From Methanomethylovorans sp. (lineage in GTDB: Archaea; Halobacteriota; Methanosarcinia; Methanosarcinales; Methanosarcinaceae), in assembly GCF_036802725.1 (NCBI RefSeq), contig NZ_DAIRVT010000002.1: a DNA stretch of 64,000 nucleotides. The stretch is one strand, 5' to 3'. Position 1 is the stretch's first letter; each line of letters opens with the position of its first letter. Shown here piece after piece: positions 28,097-37,357 of this stretch. Both the position numbers and the translations under genes were made by a program. The notes under the pieces are model-generated. The model was not told where the DNA came from. It worked only from the letters and a program-made list of their open reading frames with translations, and did not search any database.

Positions 28097-28843
28097 TTGA
28101 GTATAAAGGATCTCATTAACGTCTGGGTTATAAAGACCGGCTATTCCGGCAGGCAGGCACGGGAATGTCTTAAGAAAAATGTTATTTCTTTTGACGTGGA
28201 ACTACATGTACTTGAGGAATTTGCAGAAGATCTGAAGTCTTCTTCGAATCCAATAATTATGCAAGATCGGTACAGGTTGCTTGATCAAAAATATGATGAT
28301 TTTACCAACAATCTGGCCATTGAGCTAGAGAGCAGCCTGGAAGACCTCAATTACTTTTCCGGTTCTCCTTTGAGGGATGAAAAAATCTCCCGATTAAAAG
28401 AAATGCTTGAAGATATGAACCAGGAATTATCTGGCTTTCACAAAGTTATGGACAAATTTGATGAATTTGAAAGAATAGAGTATCTAAAAACAGCCATTCA
28501 TGATAAGCTATGTTCCATTGCTCATTCCAAACTTGAAACATGGGCTTCTGATATGGCAAGGTTCTCAATAAGTATCCTTACAGGTGATATTGTGGTAATA
28601 CCTCTTCCTGAAAAAGGTCTTTTTGCAATTGGCAGGGTCATGGGTGGGTATGAATACAATAGTACAGACATATATACCCGGCATTTTCACAATGTAGAAT
28701 GGTTGAATATGCAAGTTCCATTCCCCGAACTTAAGGAAGAGCTTAATGGTTCTTCATCAGTTTTTCTTCTTACAGGGGATGCAAGGGAAAAAATACTTGA
28801 TATGCTTGTTTCTAAAAGAATCCGTCAGAGTGAATTAATATGA
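28097..28843 (+). CDS. hypothetical protein: small domain split by an acidic coiled-coil insert
   Basis: 248 aa with a TTG start. The N-terminal WVIKTGYSGRQARECLKKNVISF and C-terminal GDIVVIPLPEKGLFAIGRVMGGYEYN...HFHNVEWL flank about 110 aa of E/D/K/L-rich helix. Confidence 0.5.
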   Translation: MSIKDLINVWVIKTGYSGRQARECLKKNVISFDVELHVLEEFAEDLKSSSNPIIMQDRYRLLDQKYDDFTNNLAIELESSLEDLNYFSGSPLRDEKISRLKEMLEDMNQELSGFHKVMDKFDEFERIEYLKTAIHDKLCSIAHSKLETWASDMARFSISILTGDIVVIPLPEKGLFAIGRVMGGYEYNSTDIYTRHFHNVEWLNMQVPFPELKEELNGSSSVFLLTGDAREKILDMLVSKRIRQSELI

Positions 28844-29224
28844 TGTGATCCCTAAAAATTGAATTAAGCTGCATTTAGAGAATATTACGAGCAGGTTATT
28901 GACCACAAGGAATATACCTAGAAGGCTTACAGCACTTCTGGATGCTAACCATATATAATTTTTCCATGCAGATCCAGTACTCATTATCGTGAGATAGTAC
29001 CAATAAATTATCCCAATGAATACAACCTTCATTATGAGCATTGACCATATGCCGAATTCATCCATCAGGATGGCAAGGAATGGATTTTCCTCAAATCCAT
29101 AATCTAATGCATGATAAGTGGTGATGAAATCTCCTAACACATAGAATAGGACTATGTGCTTAATATCTCCAAGAAACTGTGTAAAGGGATCAGATCCTGC
29201 CATAAAGATGTTTTTCAGCACCAT
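28835..29224 (-). CDS. DUF5658-like membrane protein
   Basis: 129 aa, 4 TMs, with a TTYHALDYGFEENPF motif. Confidence 0.6.
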   Translation of the reverse strand: MVLKNIFMAGSDPFTQFLGDIKHIVLFYVLGDFITTYHALDYGFEENPFLAILMDEFGIWSMLIMKVVFIGIIYWYYLTIMSTGSAWKNYIWLASRSAVSLLGIFLVVNNLLVIFSKCSLIQFLGITSY

Positions 29225-29386
29225 ATGTATAGATGCTCATGAACCAGTATATATTCAAAATGTATACAATTCATCTCCTTATGTACATGTAATGTCTGAT
29301 GCTGTTTATATCCCTTGATATCATATACTGAGACCATTGAAAAGATAAGACAATTGTTTTGTACTATTAATAACAATGCTTATAGC

Positions 29387-30562
29387 ATGACAGAGAGGAT
29401 GAAGAACATGGATATAACAGATTTGCTGGCCAAGCACAAAGCAGATGGTTTCATGATCGTGGGTAATGTCGATAATGCTGATTTCTACTACGCCACAAAT
29501 TTCTTCGTCTCAGATAAATACACCTATATACAAACATTAGGCTCCAAAGAGATACTTGTAGTTTCAGAAATGGAAAAAGGCCGTGCTGAGCTCGAGTCCA
29601 GGGTTACCGATATACGTACGTTGCAAGATTATAACTACAGAGAGAAAATAAAGCAAAGGGGCGACCCATATCAAGCTTATGTAGATTGTATAGCTGAGAT
29701 CTTACAAAAAGAAGGTATCCGAAAATTAGGAGTCCCAAAGGATTTTCCCTATCATACAGCTCAGGCTCTGAAAGAGGAGGGCTTTACTATTGTTGACATG
29801 GAAAGTCCTTTCAGAAAATTGAGGTCGATCAAAAGGGAAGACGAAATAGGGCATATCAGGTATGCCCAAAAAGCCTGTGAAAAAGCCATGGCTGCAGCCA
29901 TTGATCTTGTTCATAAGTCTGAGATAGTCGACGGTAAACTTCTTTTCCGGGGTTTTGAACTCACTGCAGACGACGTTCGCAGAGAGATAGACCTTGCATT
30001 ACTGGATTCAGGTTGTGAGGCAGTGGGCACTATTGTTGCTGGCGGTAAAAAAGCTGCCAATCCTCATTGGGAAGGAGAAGGCCCACTTAAGCCAAACGAG
30101 TCTATTGTTATTGATATATTTCCTCGCAGCAAAAAGCACCGTTATTTTGCCGATATGAGCCGCACAGTCCTGAAAGGTGAAGCATCTGTAGAGCTTCAGA
30201 AAATGTATGATGCGGTTCTGGCAGCTCAGAAGGAAGCCATAGAAATGGTAAAGCCTGGCATACTCTGCAGTGACATACATGATCGTGTATGTGATGTACT
30301 AGAATCCCATGGGTTTAAAACAATACGTAGCGGTTCTAAAGTAGGTTTCATCCACTCTACAGGCCATGGGGTTGGTCTTGAGATCCATGAGGCACCATTT
30401 GTGGGAGTTCAGGCCATTCCTCTTGAGAAGGGTAATGTAATTACCATTGAACCCGGTCTTTACTATCCTGATCAGGGGGGTATTCGTATAGAGGATATGT
30501 TGTTAGTGACAGAGGATGGTTGTGAGAATCTCACATCACTTGAGAAGAGATTTGTTATATAA
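29387..30562 (+). CDS. Xaa-Pro aminopeptidase/dipeptidase (M24B)
   Basis: Creatinase-like N-domain plus a pita-bread domain with metal ligands in DIFPR...YFADMSRT, HSTGHGVGLEIHE and IEPGLY...IRIED. Start set to ATG 29387; the track's TTG 29315 is less likely. Confidence 0.8.
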   Translation: MTERMKNMDITDLLAKHKADGFMIVGNVDNADFYYATNFFVSDKYTYIQTLGSKEILVVSEMEKGRAELESRVTDIRTLQDYNYREKIKQRGDPYQAYVDCIAEILQKEGIRKLGVPKDFPYHTAQALKEEGFTIVDMESPFRKLRSIKREDEIGHIRYAQKACEKAMAAAIDLVHKSEIVDGKLLFRGFELTADDVRREIDLALLDSGCEAVGTIVAGGKKAANPHWEGEGPLKPNESIVIDIFPRSKKHRYFADMSRTVLKGEASVELQKMYDAVLAAQKEAIEMVKPGILCSDIHDRVCDVLESHGFKTIRSGSKVGFIHSTGHGVGLEIHEAPFVGVQAIPLEKGNVITIEPGLYYPDQGGIRIEDMLLVTEDGCENLTSLEKRFVI

Positions 30563-30592
30563 TGTTATTAAGTTATCAGTCGTAGGTGTTTT

Positions 30593-31483
30593 ATGACAAG
30601 TATAATGCAGGATGATATTCTGGAGAAATATCTAAAGGCAGGCGAGATACTATCCAGGGTGAGAAGTGAAGCAAAGGATAAGATAAAAGTGGGTGCAAGT
30701 CTGCTTGAAGTAGCGGAGTTCGTGGAAAACAGGACCATAGAGCTTGGAGCCGATGGTTCAGCGTTCCCATGTAATATCTCACGGAACGATGAAGCTGCCC
30801 ATGCCACACCAATGGCAGGTGATGAGTCGGTTTTTGGAGAAGATGTGGTGAAGCTGGATATCGGGGTTCACGTGGATGGCTATATTGCTGACTCTGCCAT
30901 CACAGTGGATCTCACAGGTAAGCATGGGGATCTCGTCAAAGCCTCAGAAGCTGCCCTTTATGCTGCTATAGATACTGTAAAAAGTGGGGTTAATACTGCA
31001 CAGCTGGGTTCTGTGATCGAAGACACTATTGTAAACCTTGGTTTCAGGCCAATAGTCAATCTTACAGGTCATGGAGTTGCCAGGTATATTGCCCATACTC
31101 ATCCCAGTATACCCAATCGGCGTATTGATCACGGTTCTGTGCTCACGGCCGGAGATGTGATAGCTATCGAACCCTTTGCTACTGATGGTGCGGGAAAAAT
31201 AATAGATGGTTCATGGTCAGAGATATTCAGTGTCATAGGAAACAAACCTGTGCGTCTGCCAGCTGCCCGTAATCTTTTGAAAGAGATAGAACCATATAGG
31301 ATGTTGCCATTCGCCAAGAGGTGGCTCAAGACCGAAAAACTTGACTTTGCTCTTATGCAGCTTGCTAAATCAGGTGTGATCACTTCTTATCCGGTACTCA
31401 AGGAAGTTGCGGGCGGTCTTGTGTCCCAGACGGAACATACGCTTATTGTTACCGAGGACGGTTGTCAGGTGACCACTCTTTAA
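30593..31483 (+). CDS. map: methionine aminopeptidase, type 2 (archaeal)
   Basis: 296 aa. FPCNISRNDEAAH, DIGVHVDGYIADSA, LTGHGV, and the C-terminal SQTEHTLIVTEDG. Confidence 0.9.
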   Translation: MTSIMQDDILEKYLKAGEILSRVRSEAKDKIKVGASLLEVAEFVENRTIELGADGSAFPCNISRNDEAAHATPMAGDESVFGEDVVKLDIGVHVDGYIADSAITVDLTGKHGDLVKASEAALYAAIDTVKSGVNTAQLGSVIEDTIVNLGFRPIVNLTGHGVARYIAHTHPSIPNRRIDHGSVLTAGDVIAIEPFATDGAGKIIDGSWSEIFSVIGNKPVRLPAARNLLKEIEPYRMLPFAKRWLKTEKLDFALMQLAKSGVITSYPVLKEVAGGLVSQTEHTLIVTEDGCQVTTL

Positions 31484-32259
31484 TGAGGGATAGGTTGAAT
31501 ACTCCACTTTTAGCATTTTCATTGCTTTTTTTGTTTATGATACTTCCAGCGAACGCAACCTTCACCTGGGAAAACAATATTACTGTTGGATATGACGAGG
31601 TCCAATGGATGTATACGGAGACCTATGATGAAGCCAATTCTATCATCTACAAAGACTACGTCGATATGTCGGTGGGTAACCGGGATGGCTTCATAAATGC
31701 ATGGGAGGTTCTTAAAACAGATGTGAATACCAGGTCTGCCCTACAAAATTCTATCATTGAGCAGATGGATGTAATTGTGAATGGCTCTTCTGAATACATC
31801 GTGCTAACAGATGTAAATTCCCGGATGTCCCCTGAATTGTTGGGTCCGGTAATGCAGGCAGAGGTTATTATGAATATCTACACGACCAATTACCGCGTTG
31901 TAGATCCGTTTTTAGAAGTTGGGAACAGCAGTATAGGTTTCATTGGTGAAAAAAACACTCCTATAGTTATCAATATGCATAAGGGGATATCTGTGAATTC
32001 TACTGAAGGTATCGATAATGTATCTGTCAGCAACAATGGACAGGTTGTAAAGATCGCGGGTATTTTTGGTTCGACTGGAAAAGCAACAGTTTATTTCCAC
32101 TTGGAGGAGGCTGAAGATATCGTTGCCTCAGTCCCGGAAGTCACTGAAGAGGGTCTTTCAGGTGAAGGACGGATATTGGGGGATGAGCCATATCATGATT
32201 TCTCTCTTGCTGGAAGGATATTCCCTTCTTTAAGGATATGCAATCCCGAAAGTGTTTGA
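31483..32259 (+). CDS. hypothetical secreted protein
   Basis: ATG 31483 overlaps the map stop (TAATG). Signal-like LLAFSLLFLFMILPANA. Several NxS/T sequons. Confidence 0.5.
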   Translation: MRDRLNTPLLAFSLLFLFMILPANATFTWENNITVGYDEVQWMYTETYDEANSIIYKDYVDMSVGNRDGFINAWEVLKTDVNTRSALQNSIIEQMDVIVNGSSEYIVLTDVNSRMSPELLGPVMQAEVIMNIYTTNYRVVDPFLEVGNSSIGFIGEKNTPIVINMHKGISVNSTEGIDNVSVSNNGQVVKIAGIFGSTGKATVYFHLEEAEDIVASVPEVTEEGLSGEGRILGDEPYHDFSLAGRIFPSLRICNPESV

Positions 32260-32311
32260 ATAAAGGAATTAATCTTTATAGTCCATTTAATTAATGTTGA
32301 GGCAATAGAAT

Positions 32312-32599
32312 ATGATGATCGAACAGATTAAACTAAAAAAAGGTATTGCCATAGGTCTGAACATTCAAATGCAGCATGCATCCTTGCTTGTAGTGAAAGC
32401 AGATTTGGGATTCGTTATGTGTGGTTATCTGGATATGGCTACAGCTGAGAAGCTGGGAGATGTGGCTGTACGGGTTTCAGGGGTCAGCACATTTGAAGAT
32501 GTTCTCACTGCAGAAGTCAAGTCAGTAACTCCTAAAGCTAAAGAACTTGGCATTGCAGTGGGCATGAAGGCTGTAGATGCCCTGGAGCTAATGTTCTGA
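32312..32599 (+). CDS. DUF1805 (YunC-like) protein
   Basis: 95 aa. LLVVKADLGFVMCGYLDM...A is typical of the family as I recall it. Confidence 0.65.
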   Translation: MMIEQIKLKKGIAIGLNIQMQHASLLVVKADLGFVMCGYLDMATAEKLGDVAVRVSGVSTFEDVLTAEVKSVTPKAKELGIAVGMKAVDALELMF

Positions 32600-32684
32600 A
32601 TTTATACCAATATTTTTATTACCCTTTATTATCTCAACAGATTAACACTTGCATAGTATTAAATACTCTTAATATATTATTAAA

Positions 32685-33632
32685 TTGAAAATAATTTTGA
32701 TCTTAAGCGGGGATATTACTTTGAGTTCGGAAAAAGGTTTCTTAAAGACTTATGCTCCAATCTTTGCTATGGCTGGCATTATATTGGCTGTCCAGTTTCT
32801 ATCTTTGTTGCTGGCACAACCTATGAATGCTGAAGGTATGCAGGCTTTTGAGGACCCGGACTCTACAGCCAATAGTTTGTACTACATCGCAATCATCCTT
32901 GTGTTCACTTTCTTCCTGCTCATAGCACTGAAGAAAAATATGCAATGGGTCATTCAGCTTGTAATACTACTTGCAGTGGCTTCTACTGTATATTATGTGT
33001 TCATAGCTCTATTATCGCTGTTGACGGATTCAAACACGGCAATAAATGCTGTTTCTTTGTTCATGGCAATAGTTCTTACTGTTCTGCTGTACAAGTTTCC
33101 GGAGTGGTATGTGATAAACACTATTGGCTTGATCATAGGAGCAGGTGCAAGCGCCATCTTCGGCATTTCCCTTTCAATAATCCCAGTACTTGTTTTGCTA
33201 TCACTTCTCGCTATCTATGATGCGATCTCCGTCTACAAGACAAAGCACATGATAGACCTTGCTGAAGGTGTTATGGACCTGCGTTTACCCATACTTTTCA
33301 TTATTCCTAAGAAACTGAACTATTCCTTTATCAAGGACACTTTTAAGAAAGAAGATGGCGAAGAAAGAGAAGCTTTTTTCATGGGTCTGGGTGATGCAGT
33401 AATGCCTACCATTCTGGTAGTTTCTGCTAATATTTTTCTAGATTCACCTTTGAAATATATGGGTATTTCATATCCCTCCATAGGTGCCATGATTGGAACA
33501 CTAATAGGATACGCTGCTCTTATGGTATTCGTAATGAAAGGGAAACCACAGGCAGGCTTGCCATTCCTTAACACAGGTGTTATACTTGGATACGTAGCAG
33601 GTGTACTGATCACAGGTGGATCTTTCTATTAA
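32685..33632 (+). CDS. presenilin/signal-peptide-peptidase homologue (PSH-type intramembrane aspartyl protease)
   Basis: The catalytic YD (LLAIYDAISVYKTKHM) and GxGD (FFMGLGDAVMP) motifs sit in adjacent TMs, and there is a C-terminal PAL-like GLPFLN. Closely resembles the archaeal presenilin homologue I remember from Methanoculleus. The exact start is uncertain. Confidence 0.8.
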   Translation: MKIILILSGDITLSSEKGFLKTYAPIFAMAGIILAVQFLSLLLAQPMNAEGMQAFEDPDSTANSLYYIAIILVFTFFLLIALKKNMQWVIQLVILLAVASTVYYVFIALLSLLTDSNTAINAVSLFMAIVLTVLLYKFPEWYVINTIGLIIGAGASAIFGISLSIIPVLVLLSLLAIYDAISVYKTKHMIDLAEGVMDLRLPILFIIPKKLNYSFIKDTFKKEDGEEREAFFMGLGDAVMPTILVVSANIFLDSPLKYMGISYPSIGAMIGTLIGYAALMVFVMKGKPQAGLPFLNTGVILGYVAGVLITGGSFY

Positions 33633-33648
33633 TATTTTTTAATTTTCA

Positions 33649-34122
33649 TCATCTCTGCTCTGGCAGTTCAGAATTAAAATTACAGAACATACAAGAGGGG
33701 TCCTTTCCTTCTACAGTAGACGCAAATTCAGAATCTATGGCACGGGTACCCTCTGCAAGTATGGAAGCATTGGCTACGGTACTGCTAATAAGGATCGTAT
33801 CGAATATCTCTTCCCTGCTCACTCCGAGTCTTTTGGCAGCCCTTATGTGTGTTTTAAGACAATGGCCGCACTTGAGGGCAGAGGCAACAGCAATACTGAT
33901 AAGTTCCACGGTCTTTGGGTCCATACGCTTGAACTCACGCATAATGCTGTTCGTATATATCATTCTGGAGATAAAGAGTTCAGGCATATCCTTAATGAAA
34001 TTTACTATATAGGGGACTTCTCCATATTGTTTCTTCATGTCCTCCAGCATTTTTTCAACGACTTCTTCCGGCTCTTCGTTAAGAAGTTCTTTGATCTTTT
34101 CTATTTGCACGTTGCACCTCAC
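33649..34122 (-). CDS. carboxymuconolactone decarboxylase (AhpD-like) family CxxC protein
   Basis: ALKCGHCLKTH is the AhpD-type CxxC..H motif. GTG 34122 overlaps the mmp7 stop by 4 nt. An alternative GTG at 34110 is preceded by GAGGTG with a 4-nt spacer. Confidence 0.75.
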   Translation of the reverse strand: MRCNVQIEKIKELLNEEPEEVVEKMLEDMKKQYGEVPYIVNFIKDMPELFISRMIYTNSIMREFKRMDPKTVELISIAVASALKCGHCLKTHIRAAKRLGVSREEIFDTILISSTVANASILAEGTRAIDSEFASTVEGKDPSCMFCNFNSELPEQR

Positions 34123-35054
34123 ATCTCTATGCCCACTTCAGATTTCCTTTTCACCTTCACAAGTATGTAGTTCTTCATTTTTGAGGGTGTAATAGTTGCA
34201 ACATCTCTAAGGTGGATGTTATCCTGCAATTCCATATCTTCAACCTTCTTATGGAAATCAGCATAAGGGAGTTTAATGCGCAGTCCATCTAATTGCAGCG
34301 TGAGCGGCGCAGGGGTATATACGCTTTCTATCTCAGGGATCTGTTCCTGTACCTCTTTCATGATCCTTGCAGGCAGGACGGCAAGTGGGTCTCTGGCAAT
34401 ATCCTCTCTCATTTTTTCCACGATTATCCCCACTTTCTCACTCATAACATCCAGGCCCCCCAGTTCATCACTGTGCCTTAGCCTGTGAGCGACCCTGCCG
34501 ATGTTCCCTATGTACATATCGGCACCAGGCACTTCTTCAGTCTTAAGGTCCGGCCCTCCTGTGGCAACGATGGGTATCTTTATACCTTCAAAGAGTTTAG
34601 GTTTCTTATTGATTATACAATCCCGGAAGGTACCAAAAGAGAACAGGGCAATATCATGCTCATTTATTAGTCTTCTTTCATAATCTGCAGAAAGTGCAAC
34701 TCTTCTTCCCATGCCTCTGGCAAGTCCTATCATAGTGGTGTTAGCGCCTCCCCGTCTCAGGAATTCAGCTATATCACAGGCAGAATGCGGCAGATGATGA
34801 GACGCAAGCGTAGGTGAGACAACGGCTATTTCAGTTCCTGTAAGGGGAGCTCTGGATATCTTTCCAAGAAGATCTTTGGCAAGCTGCTCAATAAGATGTA
34901 CATCATCTCTGGGTACGAGCATCACAAGAGTAACCTCTGTGGCAGCCGGTGTTTTCTGGATGAGGTATCCTCCCAGATCTTCCAACAGTTCCAATATAAG
35001 CGTATGCCTGTGTATTCCACCTTCATATATGTAAGGTTCAAGCACTGCTGCCAA
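34119..35054 (-). CDS. mmp7: methanogenesis marker protein 7
   Basis: 311 aa. The N-terminus YIYEGGIHRHTLILELLEDLGGYLIQK, the size, and the position in the atwA/mmp block match marker 7. Confidence 0.8.
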   Translation of the reverse strand: MAAVLEPYIYEGGIHRHTLILELLEDLGGYLIQKTPAATEVTLVMLVPRDDVHLIEQLAKDLLGKISRAPLTGTEIAVVSPTLASHHLPHSACDIAEFLRRGGANTTMIGLARGMGRRVALSADYERRLINEHDIALFSFGTFRDCIINKKPKLFEGIKIPIVATGGPDLKTEEVPGADMYIGNIGRVAHRLRHSDELGGLDVMSEKVGIIVEKMREDIARDPLAVLPARIMKEVQEQIPEIESVYTPAPLTLQLDGLRIKLPYADFHKKVEDMELQDNIHLRDVATITPSKMKNYILVKVKRKSEVGIEM

Positions 35055-35058
35055 GAGC

Positions 35059-35652
35059 TTACCCTCCCTTTATCTTTTCAAGCATTTGGTGTCCTTGCTG
35101 CACCCATTCTGGTTTCATGGCATCTTCGGATGCTACGAAAATAAATTCATTGCTGTTAAGTGAGTGATAACGTACCCTGAACCCTTCAGGAGTTCCTCTT
35201 ATAGCCATTTCGACAAGCCTGGAAAGCAATGTGCGTTTTGGGTCGAATATGGCCATTTCTTTTATGGCCTCTATCTCAGTGTCCATATTTTCCACGTTTA
35301 CATTTATGGTCTTCCTGTCCTGTTGAATGACTTTTCCGCGTCCATATTTTGCCCACAGTTTCTCCAATAGGTCAGGCAGGTACTTCTCATCTCGCAGGAC
35401 TATCTGTATCTCATTCCTGGTGACAGCTCCAATGTTAACATCTGCAAAGTCCGATGTTTTTACTAGTGGAGGACTGCCTCTCAGAATGATGGCCATCTGG
35501 AATAGTGAGTCTTCAGGCGTTATGATAGCATATATCCTGCCAATAGAGTTGGCAAGACCAAGCTCCGAAATGACATCTGAGAGTATTGACCTGTAAGCTT
35601 CGGCCTCTTCAGGTATTTTAGTTTCCACCTTGAAGATCTCCAGAGGCTCCAT
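35059..35652 (-). CDS. mmp17: methanogenesis marker protein 17
   Basis: 197 aa. Assigned by size and position between markers 15 and 7. Confidence 0.7.
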   Translation of the reverse strand: MEPLEIFKVETKIPEEAEAYRSILSDVISELGLANSIGRIYAIITPEDSLFQMAIILRGSPPLVKTSDFADVNIGAVTRNEIQIVLRDEKYLPDLLEKLWAKYGRGKVIQQDRKTINVNVENMDTEIEAIKEMAIFDPKRTLLSRLVEMAIRGTPEGFRVRYHSLNSNEFIFVASEDAMKPEWVQQGHQMLEKIKGG

Positions 35653-35657
35653 ATTTC

Positions 35658-36899
35658 TTATTCCTCCACAAATCCCGATGCCAGCAATGCACTTCCCACA
35701 GCACCTATGAGGTGGGAGTTCGGTGGCACAAGCACATCTATTTTAAGCAGACTGCTCAAGGCTTTTGGAACGCCTTCTATCAGTGAAGAGCCACCCACAA
35801 GGATCAGTGGCTCTTTTACATCCACTTCCTGCAATTGCTGCTCAAAGATCTGTTCCACCACACTATGACATGCCGCAGCAGCCACATCCTCCGGTCTTGA
35901 TCCTTTCGCCAGTGAGTTTACAAGTGACTGGATACCAAAGACAATGCAGTAACTGTTCATATCGACTTTTTCCTGCATACCTTTTACAGCCAGTGCACCC
36001 AGTTCAGTAATATCGACACCAAGTCTCTTTGCTGTCATATCCAGAAAACGCCCGGATGCACCTGCACAGATACCACCCATGGTGAACATGCCTGGAATTC
36101 CATCTTCCACTGATATTGCCTTGTTATCCATTCCACCAATGTCGATAACGGTTGCAGAGCCTTTTTGCTTGTTTGCCAGGTACACTGCACCTTTGGAATT
36201 GACAGTGATCTCTTCCTGTACCAATTGCGCCTTAAAATGCTCTCCTACCAGGAACCTGCCATAGCCGGTGGTTCCAATAGCCTGGATCTCTTCGGCCTTT
36301 ACTCCAGCTTCCTCAAGTGCATGGTTGAAAGCTTCTGTTGCACTATCAATGACCTTTATAGTGGGCACCCAACCCTGGCCAATGATCTTGTCATTTCTCA
36401 TTATCACAGCTTTTGTAGTGGTCGAACCAGAGTCTATGCCTGCAGTAAGACCAGTCTGATGCTCACGGGCAAGCAGATGTTTCCTTCTTGCGATGGTGGT
36501 AAGAGCTTCCATTCTTGTCATAAGGGTGGCTGCTGTTGTCCTTTCGGTGAAAGAATAACTGATAACAGGAATACTGGAATGCTTATTTATATATCTTCTA
36601 ACTTCGTTCCTTACAATAGCAGCTTCAGCACACCTGAAACATGATGTGATGAACACTCCATCCACGTCTGCAATGCCTTCCACCACTGCCTGGGCTCTTG
36701 CCATCATCAGACGCAGATCAGGACTTGCAGCCTCTATTCCGAAATCCCTTCCGATCGTGTCAAGAGAAGCTATATCTATTTCAGGAAAGACCAGTTTTGC
36801 ATTGACACTGGAAGTCACTTTTTCCAGTTCACCCTGGACACCTGCATATTCAGAACCGCATGAGACCAGCGCCACTTTTACTTGCTTCTCCGTGCTCAT
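35658..36899 (-). CDS. mmp15: methanogenesis marker protein 15 (N-terminal Cys domain + BcrAD/BadFG/HgdC-type ATPase)
   Basis: [13 protein letters not shown] and [12 protein letters not shown] phosphate motifs. [10 protein letters not shown] and NSYCIVFG match the two cluster-binding Cys regions of 2-hydroxyacyl-CoA dehydratase activators. Confidence 0.85.
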   Translation of the reverse strand: MSTEKQVKVALVSCGSEYAGVQGELEKVTSSVNAKLVFPEIDIASLDTIGRDFGIEAASPDLRLMMARAQAVVEGIADVDGVFITSCFRCAEAAIVRNEVRRYINKHSSIPVISYSFTERTTAATLMTRMEALTTIARRKHLLAREHQTGLTAGIDSGSTTTKAVIMRNDKIIGQGWVPTIKVIDSATEAFNHALEEAGVKAEEIQAIGTTGYGRFLVGEHFKAQLVQEEITVNSKGAVYLANKQKGSATVIDIGGMDNKAISVEDGIPGMFTMGGICAGASGRFLDMTAKRLGVDITELGALAVKGMQEKVDMNSYCIVFGIQSLVNSLAKGSRPEDVAAAACHSVVEQIFEQQLQEVDVKEPLILVGGSSLIEGVPKALSSLLKIDVLVPPNSHLIGAVGSALLASGFVEE

Positions 36900-37348
36900 G
36901 ATCTAGCCTCCGTTGACAGTGATTTCAGGAACTCGGCTATCTTGTAGACAAATTCCTTGCCTTCCTCTTCATTTCTGGGGTACTCTACTTCAAGGATAGG
37001 TATCTCTTTTTGGCGTATCAGATATTTGGTAAGCTCGTTCGTCCTGGCACATCCCATACACCCAAAGGCCATGGTTGCCTCATTCACGATGATAGCAGCT
37101 TCTGCCTCATCTATCATGGGTCCTACTATAGCCATCCTCCCCCTTACACCCGCGGGTACTTCCACTGCTGCATATTTCAGACCCATTTTAGGCTCTTCAG
37201 CCGTTATATTCAGAGGTGGGGAGTCTACTCCTACAGTATTTACCCTCTCTTTGATCTTTTCCATCATCGCAAGGGGCTTGTGGCCGAAGCGCTCTACTAG
37301 ATCAGAAAGTATCAGGCTGTTGATAGGATAAATGATCACTTTTGCCAT
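36896..37348 (-). CDS. mmp5: methanogenesis marker protein 5
   Basis: 150 aa. Shares a 4-nt ATGA overlap with mmp15. Assigned by size and position. Confidence 0.7.
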   Translation of the reverse strand: MAKVIIYPINSLILSDLVERFGHKPLAMMEKIKERVNTVGVDSPPLNITAEEPKMGLKYAAVEVPAGVRGRMAIVGPMIDEAEAAIIVNEATMAFGCMGCARTNELTKYLIRQKEIPILEVEYPRNEEEGKEFVYKIAEFLKSLSTEARS

Positions 37349-37357
37349 TATATTGCC

